Assembly: GCA_035486095.1 (NCBI GenBank)
Contig: DATHNM010000479.1
Location: 18,004 to 82,003 of the forward strand
Length of the DNA stretch: 64,000 nt
From: Bryobacteraceae bacterium
Lineage (GTDB): Bacteria > Acidobacteriota > Terriglobia > Bryobacterales > Bryobacteraceae
Reading direction: 5' to 3'
Numbering within the stretch: position 1 is the first letter of the stretch; every line of letters starts with the position of its first letter. Shown here piece after piece: positions 18,083-26,700 of the stretch. Both the position numbers and the translations under genes were made by a program. The notes under the pieces are model-generated. The model was not told where the DNA came from, did not search any database, and saw only the letters and a list, made by a program, of their open reading frames with translations.

Positions 18083-18859
18083 CTACTGCAGCCGCGCGAT
18101 GGCGCCAATCACTTCAGCCGGTTTCTCGAAGGGTGCCACGTGGCCGGCTTCGGGAATCATTACCAGCTGCGCACCCGCGATAGCGCGCTGAAACGCCTGC
18201 GCGTACACGGGCGGGATCAGCTTATCGCCCTCGCCCCAGATCAGCATCGTTTTGGCCTTGATGCGATATAGGCGCGACGAAAGACCGCGCTCTGGAATCG
18301 GGAACAATATCTTGCCGGCCGCGCCCAGCTGCCGCGCGTTCTGCACCAGGAACGCCTGCAGGAATTTCGGATCGGTCATGTCGGTGCCCGCGCTCATCAG
18401 CTTGGCGCCCGCCTCCGCATCGTAGAACAAATAGGGGGGCAATTGGTAGGGAAGCATGGCGAAAATATCCGGAATGGGATGCTCATCCATCCACAAGCCC
18501 GCCGGGGCAATCAACGCCAGGCGCGAAACATCGTTGGGCGCGATGGCCGCCATTTCGCCGGCGATCATCCCGCCCATTGAATGGCCCGCGAGTATCGGAT
18601 CTTTCAAGCCCAGCCGCTCCACCACGTCCCAGGTGTGCAGGGTGAAATCCAGCATGTCGCGCAATTCGCCGCACTCTTCGCTATCGCCATAGCCCGGCAC
18701 CAGCGGCGCATACACGTGAAACTGCCGCGCCAGAGAGTCTAGAAAACCAAGGTCCATGTCCAGGCCGCCCGCGCCATGCAGGAACACCAGCGGCCGGCCG
18801 GCCCCGCCTTCGTAGTAACGCACGGGGATGCGTTCGGTTTGAACTGTTTTCAATTCCAT
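18083..18859 (-). CDS. Alpha/beta-fold hydrolase
   Basis: LVFLHGAGG oxyanion region, nucleophile elbow GHSMGGMIAG, and C-terminal IPEAGHVAPFEKP. Confidence 0.85.
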   Translation of the reverse strand: MELKTVQTERIPVRYYEGGAGRPLVFLHGAGGLDMDLGFLDSLARQFHVYAPLVPGYGDSEECGELRDMLDFTLHTWDVVERLGLKDPILAGHSMGGMIAGEMAAIAPNDVSRLALIAPAGLWMDEHPIPDIFAMLPYQLPPYLFYDAEAGAKLMSAGTDMTDPKFLQAFLVQNARQLGAAGKILFPIPERGLSSRLYRIKAKTMLIWGEGDKLIPPVYAQAFQRAIAGAQLVMIPEAGHVAPFEKPAEVIGAIARLQ

Positions 18860-18862
18860 GCG

Positions 18863-20128
18863 CTAGCGCTCCACGCCCACAGGCGATTCCTGATTCCATT
18901 CTTGCGGCAGTGCGCCAGGCACGGCACGCTGGTTGAGCGGTTTGCACCAGAAGCGCTGGTCATCGGCGTATTCGGGGAACAGATGCCGCAGCCTGGGCAT
19001 CACCTTTTCGGCGAACAGCCGGGTGGAATGCATACATTTGTCTTGCGGCATGTCGCCGATTTGCATCAGGCAAAAAATGTTTCCCACGCGCAACTTCTTG
19101 ATCAGATCCTCCATGCGATGCGTCACCGTTTCGGGACTTCCCGCGATCACGCTGCCGTTGTCCACCAGTTCCTTCCAGGGCAGCTGCTGGAACATGGTTT
19201 GCGGCGCGTACTGCGAAAGGATGCCCTTCTGTATGGTTTTGATGGTGCGATAGCCGGGGGCGTCCGCGAAACCTGGATACACGTGCAGACAGCGATTGTA
19301 GAAATAGCTGACGTGCTGGGCGTAAAGCTGTTCGGCCTCTGCATCCGTTTCTCCCACGCAAATGGTCTGAGCGAAACCGGCGCGGTACGGGGAATCATCG
19401 GGAGCGTTGCGTTCGGCCACCCGATCCCAGTAGCCCTGCATCAGGGCCTGCCCGCGAATGTAGCCGCCGAAGCTCAAGTACGAATACGAATAAGTATTGT
19501 CGATGCAGAAATCGAACGTCTCGAGCGAGCCGCCCCCGGGAATGTGGATGGGAGGATGCGGCTGCTGGATGGGACGCGGCCACGGGTTCACGTAGCGCAG
19601 TTTGGTGTAGCGGCCATTGAATGCGAATGGCTCCCGCGACGCCCACGCGCGCTTGATCAATTCATGGGCTTCTTTGTAGCGTTCGCGTGTCAACCCGGGA
19701 ATGGTGCCGTAGCAGTAGTTGGTGTCCATGGAGGTACCCACGGGAAAGCCCGCCACCAAACGCCCGCCCGAGATGCAGTCCAGCATGGCGAACTCTTCGG
19801 CTACCCGCAGCGGCGGATTGTACAGTGCGATGGATGCGCCCAAAACCACCAGTGCGACATCGTCGGTGCGGCGCGCCAGGCTGGCTGCGATCAAGTTCGG
19901 CGAAGGCATCAGGCCGTAAGCGTTTTGATGGTGTTCATTCACGCCGATGCCATCGAAGCCAAGTTTTCCGGCGTATTCCAGCAGATCCAGATAGTTGTTG
20001 TAGACCTGGTGGCCCTTCGCGGGATCAAAGAGGTTCGAATCGATATCCACCCACACGGAACGATTCTTCTCGCGAAAGTCGTCGGGCAGATACGGCCACG
20101 GCATCAGATTGAACCAGGTGAATCGCAT
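18863..20128 (-). CDS. LLM-class (luciferase-like) flavin-dependent oxidoreductase
   Basis: MRFTWFNLMPWPYLP...LGFDGIGVNEHHQNAYGLMPSPNLIAASLARRT...LGASIALYNPPLRVAEEFAMLDCISGGRLVAGF is typical of LLM monooxygenases. It lies 3 nt upstream of the hydrolase gene. Confidence 0.85.
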   Translation of the reverse strand: MRFTWFNLMPWPYLPDDFREKNRSVWVDIDSNLFDPAKGHQVYNNYLDLLEYAGKLGFDGIGVNEHHQNAYGLMPSPNLIAASLARRTDDVALVVLGASIALYNPPLRVAEEFAMLDCISGGRLVAGFPVGTSMDTNYCYGTIPGLTRERYKEAHELIKRAWASREPFAFNGRYTKLRYVNPWPRPIQQPHPPIHIPGGGSLETFDFCIDNTYSYSYLSFGGYIRGQALMQGYWDRVAERNAPDDSPYRAGFAQTICVGETDAEAEQLYAQHVSYFYNRCLHVYPGFADAPGYRTIKTIQKGILSQYAPQTMFQQLPWKELVDNGSVIAGSPETVTHRMEDLIKKLRVGNIFCLMQIGDMPQDKCMHSTRLFAEKVMPRLRHLFPEYADDQRFWCKPLNQRAVPGALPQEWNQESPVGVER

Positions 20129-20206
20129 AATTTTCCTCTCGCTGGGCAGACGTCCGCCTGAGTTGAAGAGCCGGCGGGGAAGCCGGCCGCAGTCTGGGGA
20201 TGCCCG

Positions 20207-20638
20207 TTATTTGTCTTGCTTGTCGGGAGCCTGCCCTTGGCCTGCCGATCCTACAAAAAGCTTGCGCCCGTCCGGGAACGTGATGTCACGGCCGTTGGCC
20301 TTGTTGGACTCGTCCTTGGATTGATAGCCGTCCACGACGATCTCGGTACCCGGCGGCAGGGAAGCTTTCGTAAAACCATTTCGCAGCAAAGTGTTCGGGC
20401 TTCCGCCTTCGATCATCCAACTGGTGACCGTGCCATCGGCGTTCTTTACGTCCATGTGGATCCAGGCGTGTGGATTGATCCATTCCATTTTGGTGACTGT
20501 TCCATGCAGCTTAATCGGCTTCGAGGAATCAAACTCAGCCGCAAACGCGTGATGCGCCCAAACCGGCGCCGCGCTCACCAACAAACCCAAACCTGCCATT
20601 GCCATCGCTAATTGCGTTCGCATCGGATGTCTCTCCAT
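20207..20638 (-). CDS. Small secreted protein (DUF6152-like by memory)
   Basis: Signal peptide ending ...APVWA, followed by HHAFAAEFDSSKPIKLHGTVTKMEWINPHAWIHMDV. The family name is recalled, not verified. Confidence 0.55.
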   Translation of the reverse strand: MERHPMRTQLAMAMAGLGLLVSAAPVWAHHAFAAEFDSSKPIKLHGTVTKMEWINPHAWIHMDVKNADGTVTSWMIEGGSPNTLLRNGFTKASLPPGTEIVVDGYQSKDESNKANGRDITFPDGRKLFVGSAGQGQAPDKQDK

Positions 20639-20762
20639 TCCTGAATTATCTTGCGGAACTCATTGCAGCCGCCGGCGTAATTCCCATCGTGACAAGCGTA
20701 CTCGAAGACCGGGTCCTGTGTCTTGGCCATGGGAGCCGGCTGAACCATCCAGAGCCTAAGCA

Positions 20763-21689
20763 TTATTTCTTCTTCTCAGCCGCTCGCGCGCCCGCCAGGA
20801 TATCTGTCATCGCGTAGTTCCCTTCATGGCAGGCATATTCGAAGATTGGTCCCTTGCTCCGGGTAACGGCAATCTGCGCCGTCCAGGGCTTGCTGAACGC
20901 CGTGGGATCGTCCACCGTGAATTCGTACAGCAATGCATCTGGCGAGACGCGTGTGAAGCGCTCGGTTAAATGCAAATTGCTATCGGACCCGCGAAAGGAG
21001 TATTCGTCAGAGAAATTCGTGGTATCGACCACCAGCGTATTGCCGTCCCAATGGCCGCGCGAATCGCCCATCCATTGCCGGATGTTGCCGGCCAGATGCG
21101 GGCTGCCATCCAGCGGAATAATGCGGGCGTTGTGGATCATTTCGTTCAGGATCACAACCTGGTTGCGCGTCTGTATAATCTGGAAATTGTTGTTGTAGGG
21201 GCCGGGCAACATCGGCGGACCCGCCGTGGCCCACAAAATACAACGTTCGCCCAGCGAGCGGCCCTCCGGACCATCAGTGGCGTGTTCTTGCATCCAGGCC
21301 CGCTTCTCGTCTACACGTTTCTGCGCTTGTGGCGTCAACGCGGGCATGCGGCCATCTGCAGGATCGACAATCAACGACGTTCGCCGTGTACCGACGGCCT
21401 TAGTCCCGCGATCGTACCAAAACTGGTTATACGCGCTGGCCACGTCCGCCTCTGCGTTGGCTGAACGATGATCCACGTTGCTGCGTTCCACTGCCTGCTT
21501 TTCGTAAGCCGCCGCTTCTTCTGCCGTAAAAGTCTGCTTCCCGGCCAGATCGTTCGGCCGTTCCAGGGGCGTGATAGTCGCGTTGCTCCAGATGCCCTGC
21601 AGATCGGGTTGTCCGTCTGGGGTGCGCGGTACGTTCTGGGCGCTGGCCGCAATCGCGATGCTTGCCGTTAAAACCAATCCACGAAACAT
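20763..21689 (-). CDS. Secreted protein of unknown function, 'type D' family member (tandem copy 1)
   Basis: Signal peptide MFRGLVLTASIAIAASAQ. Motifs RTPDGQPDLQGIWSN, WMGDSRGHWDGNTLVVDTTNF, FTVDDPTAFSKPWT and YACHEGNYAMTDILAGARAAEKKK. The ATG at 21689 is preferred over the GTG at 21692. Confidence 0.8.
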   Translation of the reverse strand: MFRGLVLTASIAIAASAQNVPRTPDGQPDLQGIWSNATITPLERPNDLAGKQTFTAEEAAAYEKQAVERSNVDHRSANAEADVASAYNQFWYDRGTKAVGTRRTSLIVDPADGRMPALTPQAQKRVDEKRAWMQEHATDGPEGRSLGERCILWATAGPPMLPGPYNNNFQIIQTRNQVVILNEMIHNARIIPLDGSPHLAGNIRQWMGDSRGHWDGNTLVVDTTNFSDEYSFRGSDSNLHLTERFTRVSPDALLYEFTVDDPTAFSKPWTAQIAVTRSKGPIFEYACHEGNYAMTDILAGARAAEKKK

Positions 21690-21693
21690 CACG

Positions 21694-22707
21694 TTATTTC
21701 TTCTTCTCGGCTGACCGGGCGCCGGCCAGGATGTCCGTCATAGCGTAGTTTCCCTCTTGACAGGCATATTCATACACCCGCTCCGAGGTTTTGTTGAAAG
21801 GAACACGCGCGGTCCAGGGTTTGGTGAACGCGGTGGGATCGTCAACAGTGAACTCGTATTGCATCACTTCTGGCGACAGGCGCGTGAAGCGCTCGGTTAA
21901 ATGCATGTTCGCGTCCGACCCGCGAAAGCTATATTCATCGATGAAATTGGTGGTGTCCACCACCAGCGTATTGCCATCCCAATGGCCGCGCGAATCTCCC
22001 AGCCAGCCGCGAATTTCCTGGGCCGCATGCGGACGCCCATCCAGAGGAATCATGCGCGCGTCATGGATCATTTCATTCAGGATCACAACGTAGCCGGGCC
22101 CTTGCACGATCTGCATCTCGTTGTTGTAAGGTCCGGGAAGCATGGGCGGCCCGGCGGTGGTCCATGCGATGCAGCGCTCAGCCAGAGAGCGGCCTTCCGG
22201 ACCATCGGTGGCGTGCTCCCGCATCCACGCGCGGGTTTCATCCAGGCGCTTCTGCGCGGCGGGCGTGAGCGCCGGTATTTTGCCATCGGGCGGATCCACG
22301 ATGAGCGAACTGCGGCGGTCCGCCACCAGGTTGTTCCCGCGATCGCGCCAAAATTCGTTGTACGAGCGGCCGACGTCCACCTGCGCGCCACCATCGCGCC
22401 GATCGGTGTTCACCTGTTGCAGCAAGCGCTTCACGTAATCGGCGGCTTCCTGTTCGGTAAGGACTTCTTTGCCGGCCAATTCAGCGGGCCGCTCCAAAGG
22501 AGTGAGCGTGGAGTTGCTCCACACGCCTTCGAGATCGGGTTGCCCGTCAGCGGTTCGCGCCGGCGCCCCGCTCTTGGCACCCGAGGCCGGCGCCTTCGCG
22601 GCTTTTGCCGGCACGGACAAGCCCTGGCTGCGAAGATGAGCTGGGACGAGCAATGCCACGCACATCGCAATCGTCGCGAGGTGACGCGCACCAAAGTGAC
22701 GCCGCAT
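21694..22707 (-). CDS. Secreted protein of unknown function, 'type D' family member (tandem copy 2)
   Basis: RTADGQPDLEGVWSN, WLGDSRGHWDGNTLVVDTTNF and YACQEGNYAMTDILAGARSAEKKK. GGAGG lies 6 nt upstream of the ATG at 22707. It is visibly similar at nucleotide level to copy 1 (by eye). Confidence 0.8.
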   Translation of the reverse strand: MRRHFGARHLATIAMCVALLVPAHLRSQGLSVPAKAAKAPASGAKSGAPARTADGQPDLEGVWSNSTLTPLERPAELAGKEVLTEQEAADYVKRLLQQVNTDRRDGGAQVDVGRSYNEFWRDRGNNLVADRRSSLIVDPPDGKIPALTPAAQKRLDETRAWMREHATDGPEGRSLAERCIAWTTAGPPMLPGPYNNEMQIVQGPGYVVILNEMIHDARMIPLDGRPHAAQEIRGWLGDSRGHWDGNTLVVDTTNFIDEYSFRGSDANMHLTERFTRLSPEVMQYEFTVDDPTAFTKPWTARVPFNKTSERVYEYACQEGNYAMTDILAGARSAEKKK

Positions 22708-22724
22708 GGGAAACCTCCGCTCGA

Positions 22725-23537
22725 CTACTTACTGGGCTGTTTGCGGAGATGTCCGTACAGCAACTCCTCCACAAACTCCACGCACTTGAATTCTAACAGT
22801 TGGGCATTCTTTTCCAGGTGCTTGTAGAGCGGCATGCTGATCTTCCAGGGCTTTGAAAACACCTGCGGATCTTCAATAGTCGCCTCGTAGTTCAAGACAC
22901 CGGCCGAAACGGGTGTGAACCGCTCCACCACGTGCAGCATGTCGCTGTGAAAATCGCCGGCGCGATCGAACCAGGTGGAGTCATTAAAGCCGGTGACGTC
23001 CACCACCAGCGTGTCACCGTCCCAATGCCCGGCCGACCAGCCCATCCAACTGTCCACCGGTGCCGGTCCCGGGTTATCCATATAGATGGTTCGCACCGCT
23101 CCGTCATATTCATAAGAGATCAGGATCACCTTGCCGGTTTGGACAATCTGAAACGGATACGGCATGTAGGTGGCGCGCGGCACGCCTGGCAGGTAGCATT
23201 TCACTTCCGGATCCAGCTTCAGACGGTTCGCGTAGTTTTCCTTTTTCTTCTGCGCGGCCGCCGGGAGATAGGGGATCGCGCCGCCTTCCACCACTCCGAT
23301 ACCAGGAGGCTCGGCGCCGGTCGCGCCCAGCGCCACTACTTGACCAGCTTGGGCCGAGTGGCCCTCCAAGTCCCAATTGGCCGTGTTCATAGCCTGCCAG
23401 ATGCCGTTCAGATTCGGCTTGCCGTCGGCAGTCCGGGGGGCCTTATATGATGGGGTCTGGGCGATGACGGGAACGGCGGCAACAGAGACCGCGGCGAGAA
23501 TCGCATTCAACACGGAAGCTCGAAACTGTTTTGGCAT
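22725..23537 (-). CDS. Secreted protein of unknown function, 'type D' family member (tandem copy 3, shorter)
   Basis: RTADGKPNLNGIWQA, WMGWSAGHWDGDTLVVDVTGF and ATIEDPQVFSKPWK, with a signal peptide. Confidence 0.8.
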   Translation of the reverse strand: MPKQFRASVLNAILAAVSVAAVPVIAQTPSYKAPRTADGKPNLNGIWQAMNTANWDLEGHSAQAGQVVALGATGAEPPGIGVVEGGAIPYLPAAAQKKKENYANRLKLDPEVKCYLPGVPRATYMPYPFQIVQTGKVILISYEYDGAVRTIYMDNPGPAPVDSWMGWSAGHWDGDTLVVDVTGFNDSTWFDRAGDFHSDMLHVVERFTPVSAGVLNYEATIEDPQVFSKPWKISMPLYKHLEKNAQLLEFKCVEFVEELLYGHLRKQPSK

Positions 23538-23780
23538 CGGGGCGCTCTTTTCAAATTGGCTAGATGAACGGTGATTTCGATCCTACATTCCACAGACAGC
23601 GGTGTCAACTGCGGCGCCACGGCCGCAGGGAATCGTACTACAAGTCCTGAACCGAATACGCTAAATCATTGTTATAACGCGCATTTCCGCTAATTGAATC
23701 GCAATCCTGCGCATTGACGGTGGAAAGATTCCATCGTACTCTGAACTGTCCCTAAAACTTCAGCCTTTGCAGGTGAACCA

Positions 23781-26700
23781 GTGACCTGTCCGCGAACGCT
23801 TGTTGTAAGATCTTTTTCCTGGCTTGTTCCGCTCATTTTCTGCGGTCTGGCGCTCGGCCAGAATGGCGCGCTTCGTATTACTGAACCGGCACCGTCGAAG
23901 GACGGGACGCTGGTCACCGATGAGCCTGCTATCGCTCTGCGGGGAACCCTCGCTTGGACCGGCGGAGACCGGCGGGTGTTGTGGGAGAGCAGCAGGGGGT
24001 TCAGCGATCTGGCGATAGTCACCGAAGGTCATGATGGCAGAGCCATTTTTTGGAGCACATCGTCACCTGTCCCGTTGCGTCCGGGAAGCAACCAGGTTCG
24101 GATCAGGGCGCTTGGCCAGCCCGGCGCGGCCACGCTGCTGAACGTCTTCTATGCGCCGCGCACCCCGCTGTCTCCGCCTGTATTCAAAACGGCGCTCCTG
24201 CATGGAAAGCAGATCAGCTACGAAGTGAAGAATGGCCTCGCGATTTATCAGGGCGATATGATTCTGGGCACCGCCGCCGACGTGGCCTCGGCGGCATCCA
24301 CGGGCCCCGCGGCCGCCGGCAGCCTAAAGGAAATGCGTCCCAAGTCGCTGACGTTCGCGCCAAACTTCTTCGCCTCCACCGGATTGTGGCCGGTGGTGAA
24401 TGGCGTGGCCCGGGTGCCTTACACCATTACGAATGTCACCACGGCGAACACGAACAATATCAATGCGGCCATCGCGGAGGCCAATACCCAGCTTGCAGGC
24501 GTACTTCAATGGGAGCCGGCCAATGCCAGCGACGTGAACCTGGTGAATTTCGATTTCGATCCTTCTAACCTGACGGGCGCTTGCGAGGCCTTTGTGGGAA
24601 TGGTGGGAATGACCCAAACCATTGGCGGATCCATCAACTGCACCACCACGACGATCCTGCACGAAATGGGACATGCCATGGGTCTGTACCATGAGCAGTC
24701 GCGCGCCGATCGCGACACGTACGTGAATTTCATGGAGCAGAACATCGACAAGCCGAATCACCTCGATTTCGATATCGTGGGCTCAGGTAGCGTCGATTCC
24801 GGTCTCTACAATTACGCTTCGATCATGGAGTACGGTCCGTTCTCATTTAATAAAGATGGTGTTTCGCCCACCCTGGAAACAATTCCGGCCGGAATGGTGC
24901 TGGGCACCAGCCTGCCTCAATACACCACCGGCGACCTGGATGGAATCAAGCGGCTCTATGCGCACGCGCCCAGTGCTATTACGGTGGACACGAATCCCAG
25001 TGGATTGCAGGTGGTTGTGGACAGCACTCCCTGTACCGCGCCGTGCGTCTTCACCACCTGGAGCATCGGTTCCCAGCACACGTTGAGCGTTCCGCTGGAT
25101 GCTCATAGCCAAACCCTGCAAGCGCTGAGCGGGCAGAACTATATTTTCGGACGATGGAACGCCGGGGCCGCGAACGTCCAAACGGTTATGGTCACGAACT
25201 CGGCTGGCGACGGCACTCTGCTGAGCCCCTCCAGCATGCCCGGGATCACCAACTATCTCGCCAGTTTTATTCCGGTTCACCCGTACAATCCAGTGATCGC
25301 GCCAGCCGGGCACGGCGCCATCGTGGCTATGCCGGCTCCCAGTAGCCTGGTCATTAACGGAACGCCCACTAACTATTTTCAGGACCGTCAGTTGGTTACT
25401 CTGACGGTGACCCCGAATGCCGGGTTCTCTTTTTACGACTGGTTCCCTTCGCCGTTTTTTAGCATTTACTCGAACCCTTACACGTTCTATGTAACAGCCG
25501 ATTTCAATTCGGCGACGGCCAATCTGGTTACCGATGCAGTGACCACCATCACGGCGGCTTCGCCGGATATCAGCGCAGCTGGAACGTTCCCCGGATTCGC
25601 AATCGGCGTTGTGGATGGAGTGGGCAACGTTTCCACCGCGTTCACCCCCGCGAATTTCGACGCCAGCATCAATGGCAGCGGGTTTGCTTCCGGGCAGAAA
25701 ATCACTTTCTCCAGCGTGCCGGCTCAATCGCCCGTAACCACCAACATCAGCTACTTGTTCGGAAATTGGTCTGGAGCCGGCACGCCCAGTGGCGACAGTC
25801 TCAGTGTGACCGTGCCTGCTTCCGGCCACAGCACATCTACCGCGAACTTCACGCCCAGCTTCCGTGCCCTGGTCTCCACCTATTTGTTCTGCCCGGATAA
25901 TTCAAACAATAACGAGCTTACAGTGACATCGTCGCCCGCCGGAACGAACGTGGATCCGCTGGACCCCAACGATGGAGATCTGGATGCTTTTTTCACCATC
26001 GGCAACGTGACTTTCACCGCCGGAACCGGGAGCAGTGGACTGAGTCTTGCCGGATGGTCTGTGGATTTGTCTGCCGGTGGGACTACTAACCCATATTCGT
26101 ATGCGCTGTCGGGGCAGGTGCTGGGAACCGCGAATTTCAATATCCCAGGTGCCGCTCCACTTACAATTTCCAGCATATCCCCGGCCAGTGTCACAAGTGC
26201 GGCCATGGACATCACCGTTACCGGTACGGGATTCTCCACCAATGCCTCGAACTTGTTCACTTACTATGTCGACCCCGTCACCGGCTTTTATCAGTACCGG
26301 GGCAACACGCCCACGCCGGTGGGAAGTTCCACCACAACAGTGGTGCATCTGAATCCAGGTGACATTGCAACCGCCGGCTATTACCAGATTGCGGTGCTGA
26401 ACGCCGTTCCTTCAGGCTGCAATCCCAGCGTTGTAGGCACGTTCCCGGTTGCCAACGCGGGCGGGCCGCCGGTGCTGGGCATCACCAAGTCGCACGTTGG
26501 GAACTTCAGCCAGAACCAGCAGAATGCGCAGTACACGATTTCGGTTAGTAACACGGGGACCGGTCCCACCGTCGATCCGGTGACGTTGACCGAAACTGTT
26601 CCGGCTGGTGAAACCCTGGTTTCGATGTCGGGATCGGGATGGAATTGCAGCGTGAGCCCCACTTGTACGCGAACGGATGCTTTGGGTGCCGGGCTGAGTT

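Noticed and set aside
18776-20161. 461-aa plus-strand ORF.
   Set aside because: It is exactly antisense to the LLM oxidoreductase gene (18863..20128), whose product has strong family motifs. The plus-strand product is low-complexity (H/R/G/A-rich), so this is a GC-rich shadow ORF.
23608-23627. 7-bp stem CTGCGGC/GCCGCAG with a 6-nt loop in the divergent spacer upstream of the astacin gene.
   Set aside because: It is short, lies between two divergent start codons (so it is not a terminator position), and has no flanking conserved structure that I can see. It is too weak to call a riboswitch or operator.
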